From: Stegostoma tigrinum
Lineage: Eukaryota
Length of the DNA: 64,000 bases
Reading direction: 5' to 3'
NCBI RefSeq assembly: GCF_030684315.1
Contig: NC_081358.1
Span: forward strand, 102,258,756-102,322,755
Part shown: piece after piece, positions 53,641 through 64,000 of the stretch
How positions within the stretch are numbered: the first letter of the stretch is position 1
Layout of the letters: each line of letters opens with the position of its first letter
Notes under the pieces: generated by a model
The model's input: the letters and a program-made list of their open reading frames with translations, nothing else
Told to the model about the DNA's origin: nothing
Database searches by the model: none
Program-made: the position numbers and the translations under genes

Positions 53641-54459
53641 AGGCACCTGAACTCCCCAATTTTAAAAAAAAGAACAAACTGAATGAGCAGACAGAAATTA
53701 CACCAGGTTCTGATCCTTTTGAGACTAATTGTCATGCAATGGAGCCAAGGTCCCCAACGTCACAAAGCTGCCTACTAAATCTTCCGTTCTGCTGACTTGA
53801 GCCTAACTTCAGCCTATTTTTACTGGCTGTGAACCACCAAATATTCTAGTCACCCTCCCTAAGTATTTAGCCTACCCATATTCCTATTTATCGTTAGAAC
53901 ATTGCCAGAAGCTGGTTGTTTCTTGTGAATATCTCTTCATTAGTTTACTGTTTTCCTTTCATGCCTTCAATGAGCCTGAAGGGAAATCTTTTTCTGTGTT
54001 AACACCAGTGTGTAAATGCAAATTGTTGCTGTTTTAATAGTCTTGGTACTGCAATGTTAACCTTTTATTTTCAACAGGATATTATTTTATTTCTTAATAA
54101 ATTCTAACATCTTCTAGCATATAGAACTTACTTATTTGAGGTCAAAAAAGAAGCTTATAAAGGCAGCAACAATGAAAGTCCTCCCATCTCTGGGCCTGAA
54201 TATTGAAGTTAACTACAATCTTCTCTCTAAATTGCATGTAAAAGATCTCATGACAGTATTTTGGAGAGGAGCGGGGTGTTCACCCAATTGTCCTGGCCAC
54301 TCATTAATACGAAGCTCTGGGGAATTGTGTCTAGTCCTGGTCTCCAGACTTTAGACGGATGAATATTTTTAACCACCCTCCAGGTGTTGAGACACCTCTG
54401 GGGCTGATGAGGCTTGAATCTGGTCCAACTGTAGAGTTACTGCGATTGCACCACTAGGA

Positions 54460-54825
54460 AGGATAGTTTAGCCTTGAAGGAAGTACGGTATAAATTAGCC
54501 AGACTGATATCCAGACTCCAGAAGTTAATTTGCAAGAGGATTGCACGTAGTAAGGTTATAGCCCCTCAGATTTAGAAGCTTTGTTTTCAAGGTGTTAAGG
54601 ATGACAGAGAATGTAGATTTAGAAAACCAATTTCCACTATTTTGGAGAGTCTGGGTTAGGGGATATAGCATGAAAATTGGAACCAGGCATTTGGGGAATG
54701 AAGAGAGATAACAAGGTGTAGAGCTGGATGAACACAACAGGCCAAGCAGCATCAGAGGAGCAGGAAGGCTGATGTTTTGGGTCTAGACCCTTCTTCGGAA
54801 AAAGGAATGAAGTTAGGAAACAGTC
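54460..54825 (+). mobile_element. CR1-like 3' fragment with a nested PLE terminus (54704-54803, minus)
   Basis: TSD ggaatgaag at 54695-54703 and 54804-54812. Confidence 0.8.
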
Positions 54826-55859
54826 TACAGGCAATGGGTGAAAGATATTTTAAAATTGTTTCAGCAGCTGATTCCATGTTAATTGCTAATTTTAAACCTG
54901 CGATTGTTAGGTTTATGGGTATGGGATTTGGATCTACCTACATCATGTGGACTGCTGCTGTTCAAGAAGGCAACCCACCACCATCTTCTCGAGTAACTCG
55001 GGCAGGCAATAAATGCTGGCACAGACAGTGATGCCCACATCCAGGAGTAAATAAAACAAGAGCAGTTTTCTAAATTATTCATGTTCTTCTACTACTCTTG
55101 CAGTTATAGGTGGCATATCTAATTCCCCCATTTACAACTGCCTGCTTGTTCCCCACAAGTTAATCACTTTCACACAATTCTCTTCAGTACTCATGTCCCC
55201 CACCAGTTTTGTCCAATGATTTGAGACAGAGTTGGGTCGTTGTTTAGCTACCATCTCATTAATTGGTAGAACATGCTCAAGAAACTAAATTGGCCTCCTG
55301 TTGTTCCTATAAACCCAAATGAAAACAAATTGCTGATAGTGACCAGATAACTGTTGAATGATCAATCACTATATCTCCCACTTGAGACATGCACGCTCTT
55401 TTTTAATCTACCCTGGCTAGGTTGACATTTTACTGATGGCACCATAAAACATGGGACGAACATCTGTGTGAAACGACACTGCAGGTCTCTGTTGGTTTTC
55501 ACTGTCTGTCATCACAATCACCACCTCCAGCTTCAAAGTATTGTTTTTCTTCCCATCTGTGTCTAATTCTACTGCAATTCGATGTCTTACCCTGTGAATG
55601 TTTCTGATTTATGGCCTGGGCTGATTTTCAGGGCAGCCTGCTACTCCTCTCCAGTGTAGAATCGCTGCCTCTGGGCCTTCACTCACCATTCGCAAGAATG
55701 CAGGATGTTTTCAAAGCTGCATAGCCAGCAGGAACGTTGTTCTGGCCAGGGGTGGTGTTATTCCCTCTTGAATCTGAGAAATTCAGGCCAATTACAGTAT
55801 CTTCTATATTATTCCATTTGAGATTATATAACTCAGCACATACCATGTATGCAATATTT

Positions 55860-56165
55860 TCATTCAAATAAAATGGCATAATCTGAGCATTAAGGTTCAA
55901 CAATTTAAGACAGAGATGAAAATAAATTCCTTCTCTCAACAGGTATTGAATCGATGAAATTCTTTACTGCAGAGGGCTGCAGAGCCTGGGATGTTAAGTA
56001 TATCCAAGGCTGAGATAGAGAGATTTTTATTCATTCATTGAATCAAATATTATGGGGACAAGGAAAGAAAATGGAGGTGAGGATTATCGGATCAAAAATG
56101 ATCTCATTAAATGGCTAGCAGACTCAATTAGGTGAATGGCCTACTTCTGCTTTTATGTCTTGTTG
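55860..56165 (+). mobile_element. CR1-like LINE 3' end
   Basis: atccaaggctgagatagagagattttt...gaatggcctacttctgcttttatgtctt. Confidence 0.75.
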
Positions 56166-56199
56166 TTTTAAATTATATACAGTACAGTATATGCTAATT

Positions 56200-56540
56200 C
56201 ATAAAATCGTAGAATCCCAACAGTGTAGAAGCAGGCCATTCAGCCCATTGGGACCATACCAACCAACTGAAGAGCATACCACACCCCTCCCCGATCCCTG
56301 TAACTCTGTACTTCCCATGACTAATCCACTTAACCTATATATCCCGGACACTATGGGCAATTTAGCATGGCCATTCCACCTAACCTGTACATCTTTGGAC
56401 CTTGGGAGGAAACCAGAGCACTATAGGGAACCTACAGAGGTGGGGAGGATGTGCAAACTCCATACAGACAATCACCCAAGGCTATATTCAAATATGTGCC
56501 TCTGGCACTGTGAGGCAGCAATGATGACCATTGAGCCACT
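56200..56540 (-). mobile_element. HE1-like V-SINE
   Basis: Reverse complement has tRNA head gtggctcaatggtcatcattgctgcctcacagtgccagag, V-domain-like tgtatggagtttgcacatcctcccc...tctggtttcctcc, and CR1-type tail gggctgaatggcctgcttctacactgttgggattctacga. Confidence 0.75.
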
Positions 56541-56814
56541 GATTCTGCAGGATATATACGGACAATGTCATTTTATTTCAAATAGCTATGGCTTATTATC
56601 TACAGTGATCATAATTTCAAAGAATGTGAATAGGTTTTAGTTTATGTTAGATAAATCATGTAAGCTCTATTTAACATCTGTGAGGATAGGCTTTATTGAA
56701 TTGCTACAGGACATTTAGTATACTTCTACTGAGTATCGGATTAGGTGATCAGTAATGGCCCACTTACCTTTAAAAAAGTGGTTGCACTATGGAACAAAAT
56801 ATCTGATGTGGCTT

Positions 56815-56843
56815 AATAAAAACCAAAAGAACTGTGGATGCTG
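56815..56843 (-). mobile_element. 29-nt PLE extreme-terminus insertion
   Basis: aataaaaaccaaaagaactgtggatgctg between perfect copies of atctgatgtggctt (56801-56814, 56844-56857). Confidence 0.8.
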
Positions 56844-57054
56844 ATCTGATGTGGCTTGCTGGAGTAGTACTAAGAAATCCTCAGGTGCTGGAACTGGATT
56901 GCTTACCACATGTATATGAGCTTTCAGCCCAGAGATAACTACCGGGCCAAGAAAAATAAAAATTCTAATCAGACCAAACTTCACCAAATTGACTGTGCAG
57001 TTCAAGAAGAAAACCTGTTACAAACTTCAGAAGCAGCAACGATTAGACATCAGG

Positions 57055-57250
57055 AGAGCTGCTGCATAGTGATGATGTCACTGGACTATTAATTCAGCTG
57101 TTTAGATAAATGCTTTTCAAAACAACGGTCTAAATCCTATTGTACAAACTGATGGAAATTCAAATTAATAAATGAATCTGGATTTAAAAGCCATTCTCTT
57201 TAATGATGACCGCAGAACCATTGTCATAAATTGATAGTACACCCCTGTTA
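57055..57250 (+). mobile_element. tRNA-derived SINE, 5' part
   Basis: gcatagtgatgatgtcactggactattaattcag...ggaaattcaaattaataaat. Confidence 0.6.
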
Positions 57251-58044
57251 TATCTCAAATTTTCCAATGAGAGTCCAGGTTGCGGGATGGTGCGAGGTAA
57301 CCTCCATTCAGCTTTAATTTTCAGCACAGCTTCATTTCTCAGAGCAATAATGCTGATAGCAGCTGAGAAGGACTTTGAAGGAATGGTGACATTGTAGTAA
57401 TGCATCACTTGCTTTAAAGTAGAGAAAGATGGGAAGACAGTGATATGCAAGGTAATGTGCAGAGAAAATTGCCTTGCTGATGTCATTGTGGGTCATGTGG
57501 GACAAATACTTCTCTTGCTGCTTGTAAAACCGTGGCCTAGAGGGCAAGCAGGCTACTGGTATGTGCCCTATTTTACAATCTCATACACAGATGCCCATTA
57601 AATTCTCTCTCCACGTTTCAGTTCGATGACAATTCATCAGGACTGGGATATGTTGTGTGAACACAGATGAAGGGCATCAGGTATTTGACCTTGGGGGAGG
57701 CACTGCGGTTGAAATCTGGCCTGTTTCCAGGATAGTGACATGGCAACAACTCACTTTGGTCATGTTTTCCATTGCCTTACTGTTCTTTGTATAAGAGGGG
57801 CTGCACATGCATCAGCTGTGTTCAGCGTTCATGTTGGTCATGCAAAAAATGGACACGAATGTTTCCACTTAACAGAACATTTCAAAATTTTCCAGATCAT
57901 GTAGTTTTGCTTAACTTTATGTGATCTCTGCTTCGTTTTGGTTAGAACACTCTAGATTCAATGAAAATTGTTAGACTTATTGCTCCTCTAAGGATGGCTC
58001 AGTCTGGTTCCACCCCCCACCCCCCGCAACCATCATACCATCCG

Positions 58045-58065
58045 TAACGTCACCCTGACGTCAGG
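58045..58065. promoter_or_regulatory. Tandem CRE-like sites
   Basis: TAACGTCA (58045-58052) followed by the palindrome CCTGACGTCAGG (58054-58065). Confidence 0.4.
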
Positions 58066-58716
58066 CTCTGTAACTTCTAAGACTGACATTCCCAGTAAAT
58101 AAGCTGGAATGATTGCTATCCCAGCTCTCCGGTCTGCTTTTCACAGTTTTCTGTTGTATCTTGATCATTGTGGCTGTGCAATGCATTGTGCATGAGCCAC
58201 GTAAAGAGAAATGTTGGAAGTAAATGACAGTTCGGAGATTTTGTGCACAGTTTTGACTCCCTCCCAAACTAGTGAAAAGTAGTCAGGATAATGAAATGTG
58301 AGGCTGGATGAACACAGCAGGCCCAGCAGCATCTCAGGAGCACAAAAGCTGACGTTTTGGGCCTAGACCCTTCATCAGAGAGGGGATGGGGTGAGTGTTC
58401 TGGAATAAATAGGAAGAGGGGGGGGGGTGGTGGGCGGACCGAAGATGGAGAGAAAAGAAGATAGGTGGAGAGGAGAGTATAGGTGGGGAGGTAGGGAGGG
58501 GATAGGTCAGTCCAGGGAAGACGGACAGGTCAAGGAGGTGGGATGAGGTTAGTAGGTAGGAGATGGAGGTGTGGCTTGGGGTGGGAGGAAGGGATGGGTG
58601 AGAGGAAGAACAGGTTAGGGAGGCAGAGACAGGTTGGACTGGTTTTGGGATGCAGTGGGTGGAGGGGAAGAGCTGGGCTGGTTGTGTGGTGCAGTGGTGG
58701 GAGGGGACGAACTGGG

Positions 58717-59450
58717 CTAGTTTTGGGATGCGGTGGGGGAAGGGGAGATTTTGAAGCTGGTGAAGTCCACATTGATACCATTGGGCTGCAGGGTTCCCAA
58801 GCGGAATATGAGTTGCTGTTCCTGCAACCTTCGGGTGGCATCATTGTGGCACTGCAGGAGGCCCATGATGGACATGTCATCTAAAGAATGGGAGGGGGAG
58901 TTGAAATGGTTTGCGACTGGGAGGTGCAGTTGCTTATTGCGAACCGAGCAGAGGAGTTCTGCAAAGCGGTCCCCAAGCCTCCGCTTGGTTTCCCCAATGT
59001 AGAGGAAGCCACACCAGGTAGAGTGGATGCAGTATACCACATTGGCAGATGTGCAGGTGAACCTCTGCTTAATGTGGAAAGTCATCCTGGGGCCTGGGAT
59101 AGGGGTGAGGGAGGAGGTGTGGGGGCAAGTGTAGCATTTCCTGTAGTTGCAGGGGAAGGTGCCGGGTGTGGTGGGGTTGGAGGGCAGTGTGGAGCAAACA
59201 AGGGAGTCACGGAGAGAGTGGTCTCTCCGGAAAGCAGACAAGGGTGGGGATGGAAAAATGTCTTTGGTGGTGGGGTCGGATCGTAGATGGCGAAAGTGTC
59301 GGAGGATGATGCAGTGTATCCGGAGGTTGGTGGGATGGTGTGTGAGGACGAGGGGGATCCTCTTTGGGTGGTTGTGGTGGGGGCGGGGTGTGAGGGATGT
59401 GTTGCGGGAAATGCGGGACACGCGGTCAAGGGCGTTCTCGAACACTGTGG
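58717..59450 (-). pseudogene. PLE ORF C-terminal part (thumb/linker and GIY-YIG), left arm
   Basis: RIPLVLTHHP...AFRRDHSLRDSLV...FPCNYRKCYTCP...VVYCIHSTWCGFLYIGETKRRLGDRF. Confidence 0.9.
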
Positions 59451-59822
59451 CGGTTGTGGCGGGGGCGGGGTGTGAGGGATGTGTTGCGGGAAATGCAGGA
59501 ATTCCATCCCCTATTCCCAATTCCTCCGCCTCCGCCGCATCTGCTCCCACGATGAGGCATTCCACTCCTGCACATCCCAGATGTCCAAGTTCTTCAAGGA
59601 ATCCTCCGACACTTCCGCCATCTACAATCCGACCCCACCACCCAAGACATTTTTCCATCCCCACCCCTGTCTGCTTTCCGGAGAGACCACTCTCTCCGTG
59701 ACTCCCTGGTTTGCTCCACACTGCCCTCCAACCCCACCACACCCGGCACCTTCCCCTGCAACCGCAGGAAATGCTACACTTGCCCCCACACCTCCTCCCT
59801 CACCCCTATCCCAGGCCCCAAG

Positions 59823-60293
59823 ATGACTTTCCACATTAAGCAGAGGTTCACCTGCACATCTGCCAATGTGGTATACTGCATCCACGCTACCCGTTGTGGC
59901 TTCCTCTACATTGGGGAAACCAAGCGGAGGCTTGGGGACCGCTTTGCAGAACACCTCTGCTCGGTTCGCAATAAGCAACTGCACCTCCCAGTCGCAAACC
60001 ATTTCCACTCCCCCTCCCATTCTTTAGATGACATGTCCATCATGGGCCTCCTGCAGTGCCACAATGATGCCACCCGAAGGTTGCAGGAACAGAAACTCAT
60101 ATTCCGCTTGGGAACCCTGCAGCCCAATGGTATCAATGTGGACTTCACCAGCTTCAAAATTGCCCCTTCCCCCACCGCATCCCAAAACCAGCCCAGTTCG
60201 TCCCCACCCCCCACTGCACCACACAACCAGCCCAGCTCTTCCCCTCCACCCACTGCATCCCAAAACCAGTACATCCTGTCTCTGCCTCCCTAA
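59823..60293 (+). pseudogene. Uninterrupted GIY-YIG endonuclease domain of the PLE ORF (RT portion truncated)
   Basis: FTCTSANVVYCIHATRCGFLYIGETKRRLGDRFAEH...PVANHF...EQKLIFRLGTLQPNGIN, preceded by a CNRRKCYTC linker. Confidence 0.9.
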
Positions 60294-61799
60294 CCTGTTC
60301 TTCCTCTCACCCATCCCTTCCTCCCACCCCAAGCCGCACCTCCATCTCCTACCTACTAACCTCGTCCCACCTCCTTGACCTGTCCCTCTTCCCTGGACTG
60401 ACCTATCTCCTCCCTACCTCCCCACCTATACTCTCCTCTCCACCTATCTTCTTTTCTCTCCATCTTCAGTCTGCCTCCCCCTCTCTCCCTATTTATTCCA
60501 GAACCCTCACCCATCCCCCTCTCCGATGAAGGGTCTAGGCCCGAAACGTCAGCTTTTGTGCTCCTGAGATGCAGCTGGGCCTGCTGTGTTCACCCAGCCT
60601 CACATTTCATTATCTTGGATTCTCCAGCATCTGCAGTTCCCATTATCACCGAAAAGTAGTCAGGATTGGCTTACTGAAACCTCCAACCAATTTTTCAGGC
60701 ACTGCAGCGAATTCATCAGCGTTCATTTTTAGGGTCACTAGAGGAAGTTTGCAGGTAAGTTTTCTACCAGAACCTAATGTGGTGCAGTCATAAATGCAGA
60801 CTTGTGTGTGCCTCAGCTGGCATCTGAGCCACAGAGGGCTCTGGAATGGCAAACTACATGAGGATGTCAGGCTGCCCCTTGAGACATGCCACAATTATTA
60901 AAATGGAGCCTGAGATCCAGTTTAAGGTATTGCTGGGGTCTCTTAGCCCTGGGGCCCCTTGACTGCTTGTCCCAAGGAACATTCTTAGTTTCAGATGTGA
61001 ATGCGTTAAGGCCTCACTTTTCGCCATGGTTCAGGAACTCGGAACAAGGGTAGGTGGGTGGGGAGCTTGTAAATTCTTCTCATACAGAGCCTTATGAGAC
61101 AATGCAATGTACGACTAAACTAAGTTGTTAATACAAAGACTGCACCGAGACTAGAGAAACAGATTAAGATTTCAAAATACAGCAAATTTTTATGAATTGA
61201 CACTCTTGATAAAATGGCAAAAATTATAAGCCTGAAATACCACAAATTTTACTGTATTATTGTATCTAGTTATCATAGCATTTTAATTTATTTACCTCAA
61301 TGTAAATGCTGTTCAAGTGAAAAGCTCAAATTTCTGCGATCTACCGCAATGTCTGAGTAGTCAGTTGAGGGTGAGGGAGAAAGCTCTCTGCCAGAAAGAT
61401 TTATTTTAAGGCAGAGTTGCGTTATTATTTATGCAATTTATGCTGTGAATAAAGCATAACAGCGATGTATATATTCTTGTATTACATTTCTATTAGTGTG
61501 TGTTTTTACGTGGATTATGTGGATCTCAAGAGCAATCAGAATATTTGATCTACCAGCAAAATCCTGGTCCCAAAGGTACTGGCTAATAAAAAGTTTGCTG
61601 TAAAACCAGAAAGTGCCAGCAGGTCTGGCAGTGTCTGGTATAGAGAAACAGGATCATCCTATTTGGTGATGCAGGTGGGATTTAAATGCTCTCAGGAATA
61701 TTATCAACTGAGCCATTACAGTGCTCTCTTAAATCGCAATATGGTCAGTGGCCTTGAAGCAGGTTATTTTATCACTGTTTGCATCTTTCTCTTGCTTGC

Positions 61800-63830
61800 A
61801 ACATCTTTGCACCCAATGAGTTCCAGATCATTCACTGCATAAAAATGCTTCACTTTACATCTACCTGCATCACTTGTCCAAATCCTTAAATCTGTGTTCT
61901 TTGGTCTTGTGGCTTTGGCGCAACTTTTCTTTATCTTCCTTATGTAAATCTTTCATAACCTCAAAAACTTCTACCAGACTGCCCCTTAATCTTCTTTTTC
62001 CTAGAAGACCACAAACCAGCTTCTCCAACTTAACCTTGTACCTAAAATCTCATGGACTTTGCTATTGCTATTGACTTTGTTGACTGTGTTGCTCTCATGA
62101 ACTCAAATCTGTTTTATTCTGTCTGATTCTGCAGACCTTTGGATTGGACCTTTGAGTGTTTGCTTTGCTCTCTTAAGTCTGCTGTACTTAGCTAGACTAT
62201 TCCTACGTCAAGGCTGTTGCATCGCTATCCCTGCCTCATATAAGGGTGACTGTTGACTGATTCTCAGGAGCCCCCATAAGTTTTTACATTTAAAGACTAA
62301 AGAACAGAATGTTGATTACAACTCTGTAGTACAGAACCTCCATTCCCTCTTCTCAGAATCTCAGTAACTTATGATTGTAGATGATAGAGTTGCATCACCT
62401 GGAGTTAAATCTGACATCCCTGAAACCATTCTGAAAAATTCCTTCTGAACAATCTCAAGTACGTCCATGTCCTTTCTAACATGTGATCACCAAAATTGAA
62501 TGCAGCAATGCAGTTGTGACCTAACCAGGGCATTAGAAAAGTCCAGCATAACGCCCGTGGCTTTGTATTCAATGCTGTAATTCAATGTTGGTACAAAGAT
62601 AAGTGTGTTTCTCTACTCATTTCTTATCTACATTGCAAGCCCACTGTAGTGGGTGCTTTACTCTGCAGCTAACCTCAGATGAAGCTAGTTTCTGATACTA
62701 AATGTAGACACTCAGAAAACATTAAATTTCCCAGCTCCTTGTTGAACATAAATTTCATCAGAATAGTTTCATGTTCAATTTTTTGTCCTGTAGGTATATA
62801 TAACCAGGAAGGACTTCCTGGAAAATATGTTATTTATTTGAGCCACATCCCCCTCAAACTTGATATAATAAAGGGAGGAGTGCAACTTGGCCTTTGTGTA
62901 TAATTGTGTTTGCTGTGTAAAAGGACTTTTTTGTAAACAATGTACAGTACAGATATAAACCATTCATCCCAACAACTCCATGCTAGTTTTTATGCCCACC
63001 TCAGAGCTCCACCCTCCTCCTTCATCTAGCTATTAACGGAGCCTTCAATTTCCTTTTCTCGCATTTGCTTGTTCACATCTGTACAATCCCCTTCAAAACT
63101 CCTTGCAATAGCAAGTTCAGTAATCTCACCACACTTTGGATATTTAAAAAAAAATTCTTCTAATATCTCTGTTTAGTCTCTGGATGACCAAATTATGTTG
63201 ATGGTCTCTACTTTTACTCTTCTCCACAGTATCTACTTTTCACTTCTACTTGAGAAGTTTAACATTCCATCTAAAAGTTATCATCTTGGATAATGCAACA
63301 CTACACAGTCTGGATCATGTCTCCAAATCTTGGGCCACAATTGAGAGAGTTGGCAAAAATAGTGCCATGTATAAACATGTTTTTGCCATTACTTCAAAAT
63401 TAGCGGAGATCATTTGTGCAATCCTCAGTATTCTCACATATTTGCTTAATTATTTTACATAATTACAGCATCTTCAACATTCCACAGTGAATCATATATT
63501 CCCTCTTCCAGTAAAGTGATTGCTAATGTCAAGTCTAGCTTTTCATTGTTACTTTTTCTCCTATTCCTTCACTGTCTTAATTCTGGAGATGATGATTACA
63601 TTTCATAATTCCCAGTTTTCTCAACTCTTCCTGAAACATTACATGCCCTCACTCAAAGTTAGCCTGATAACAATCAGGGTAGGAGGTTCTGAATATCTTT
63701 TCTCAGTCCCCTCCCTAGTCAAGAGGCCAGTTCTTGCAATCTGGATAAGATCACTTTACTCAGTAACAATAAGGAATCAAAACTAGGATGATTTGGTAAA
63801 AGAGTAAAACAAATGATCCAAGGATGCCAA
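61800..63830 (-). mobile_element. Cluster of highly decayed CR1-like fragments plus a DeuSINE remnant
   Basis: Motifs gtgatcaccaaaattgaatgcagca, gcaagttcagtaatctcaccacactttgg and ttgctaatgtcaagtctagc. Confidence 0.5.
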
Positions 63831-64000
63831 AAGTGATTATGCACATTCCCGCATCTGTCAAGTGAGAGGAATTAGTAATAAAAAAAATTGTTGCTATTTT
63901 ATTTAGAAGAGTCCAATTCAAACAGAAGTTAAATCTTGGACCTTTGCAATGACTGAGGCACTTTGTCCTGACTCATACAAAGCGCTGGTGTCCCCTGATC

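Larger units (their letters stand above)
58290..60650. mobile_element. Young Neptune-type PLE inserted as a head-to-head inverted dimer of 3' halves
   Basis: Near-identical GIY-YIG-coding arms on opposite strands. TSD gaaaagtagtcaggat at 58274-58289 and 60651-60666. Confidence 0.95.

Noticed and set aside
55687-55773. Minus-strand exon candidate (ag|...aatg|gtgagt)
   Set aside because: Weak pyrimidine tract, unrecognisable peptide, and it lies within a putative MITE remnant
58717-59742. 341-aa minus-strand ORF as an intact gene
   Set aside because: It is chimeric: the N-terminus is antisense of the right arm read across the inversion junction, and there is no RT core

Overview
Eukaryotic, AT-rich, repeat-dense vertebrate DNA. 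The repeat families (HE1-like V-SINE, CR1/HER1-like LINE fragments, DeuSINE remnants, Neptune-type Penelope-like elements) point to a cartilaginous fish, probably a shark; this is inference. Nearly all ORFs in the track are spurious or are decayed retroelement fragments. One likely host-gene landmark is visible: a CpG-enriched region at about 17.3-20.1 kb with a perfect CRE and a signal-peptide-type exon (ATG 18723, MKRLLLWILVAGATLQ...). No later exon can be confidently recognised, so the rest of the window is probably a large intron. The most notable signal is a Penelope-like element (PLE) system. It includes GIY-YIG-bearing 3' fragments and more than 15 short terminal-repeat pieces, many carrying minimal hammerhead-ribozyme motifs (CTGATGA-A-stem-GAAACGTC) in at least two sequence families. 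The pieces are often arranged as fold-backs and are flanked by 7-16 bp target-site duplications (TSDs). Examples are a young 2.36-kb inverted dimer (58290-60650), an insertion into the hammerhead core of an older copy (8575-8931), and a 29-nt minimal insertion (56815-56843). Boundaries of old repeats were judged by eye and are approximate; family names come from recall, not from database searches.
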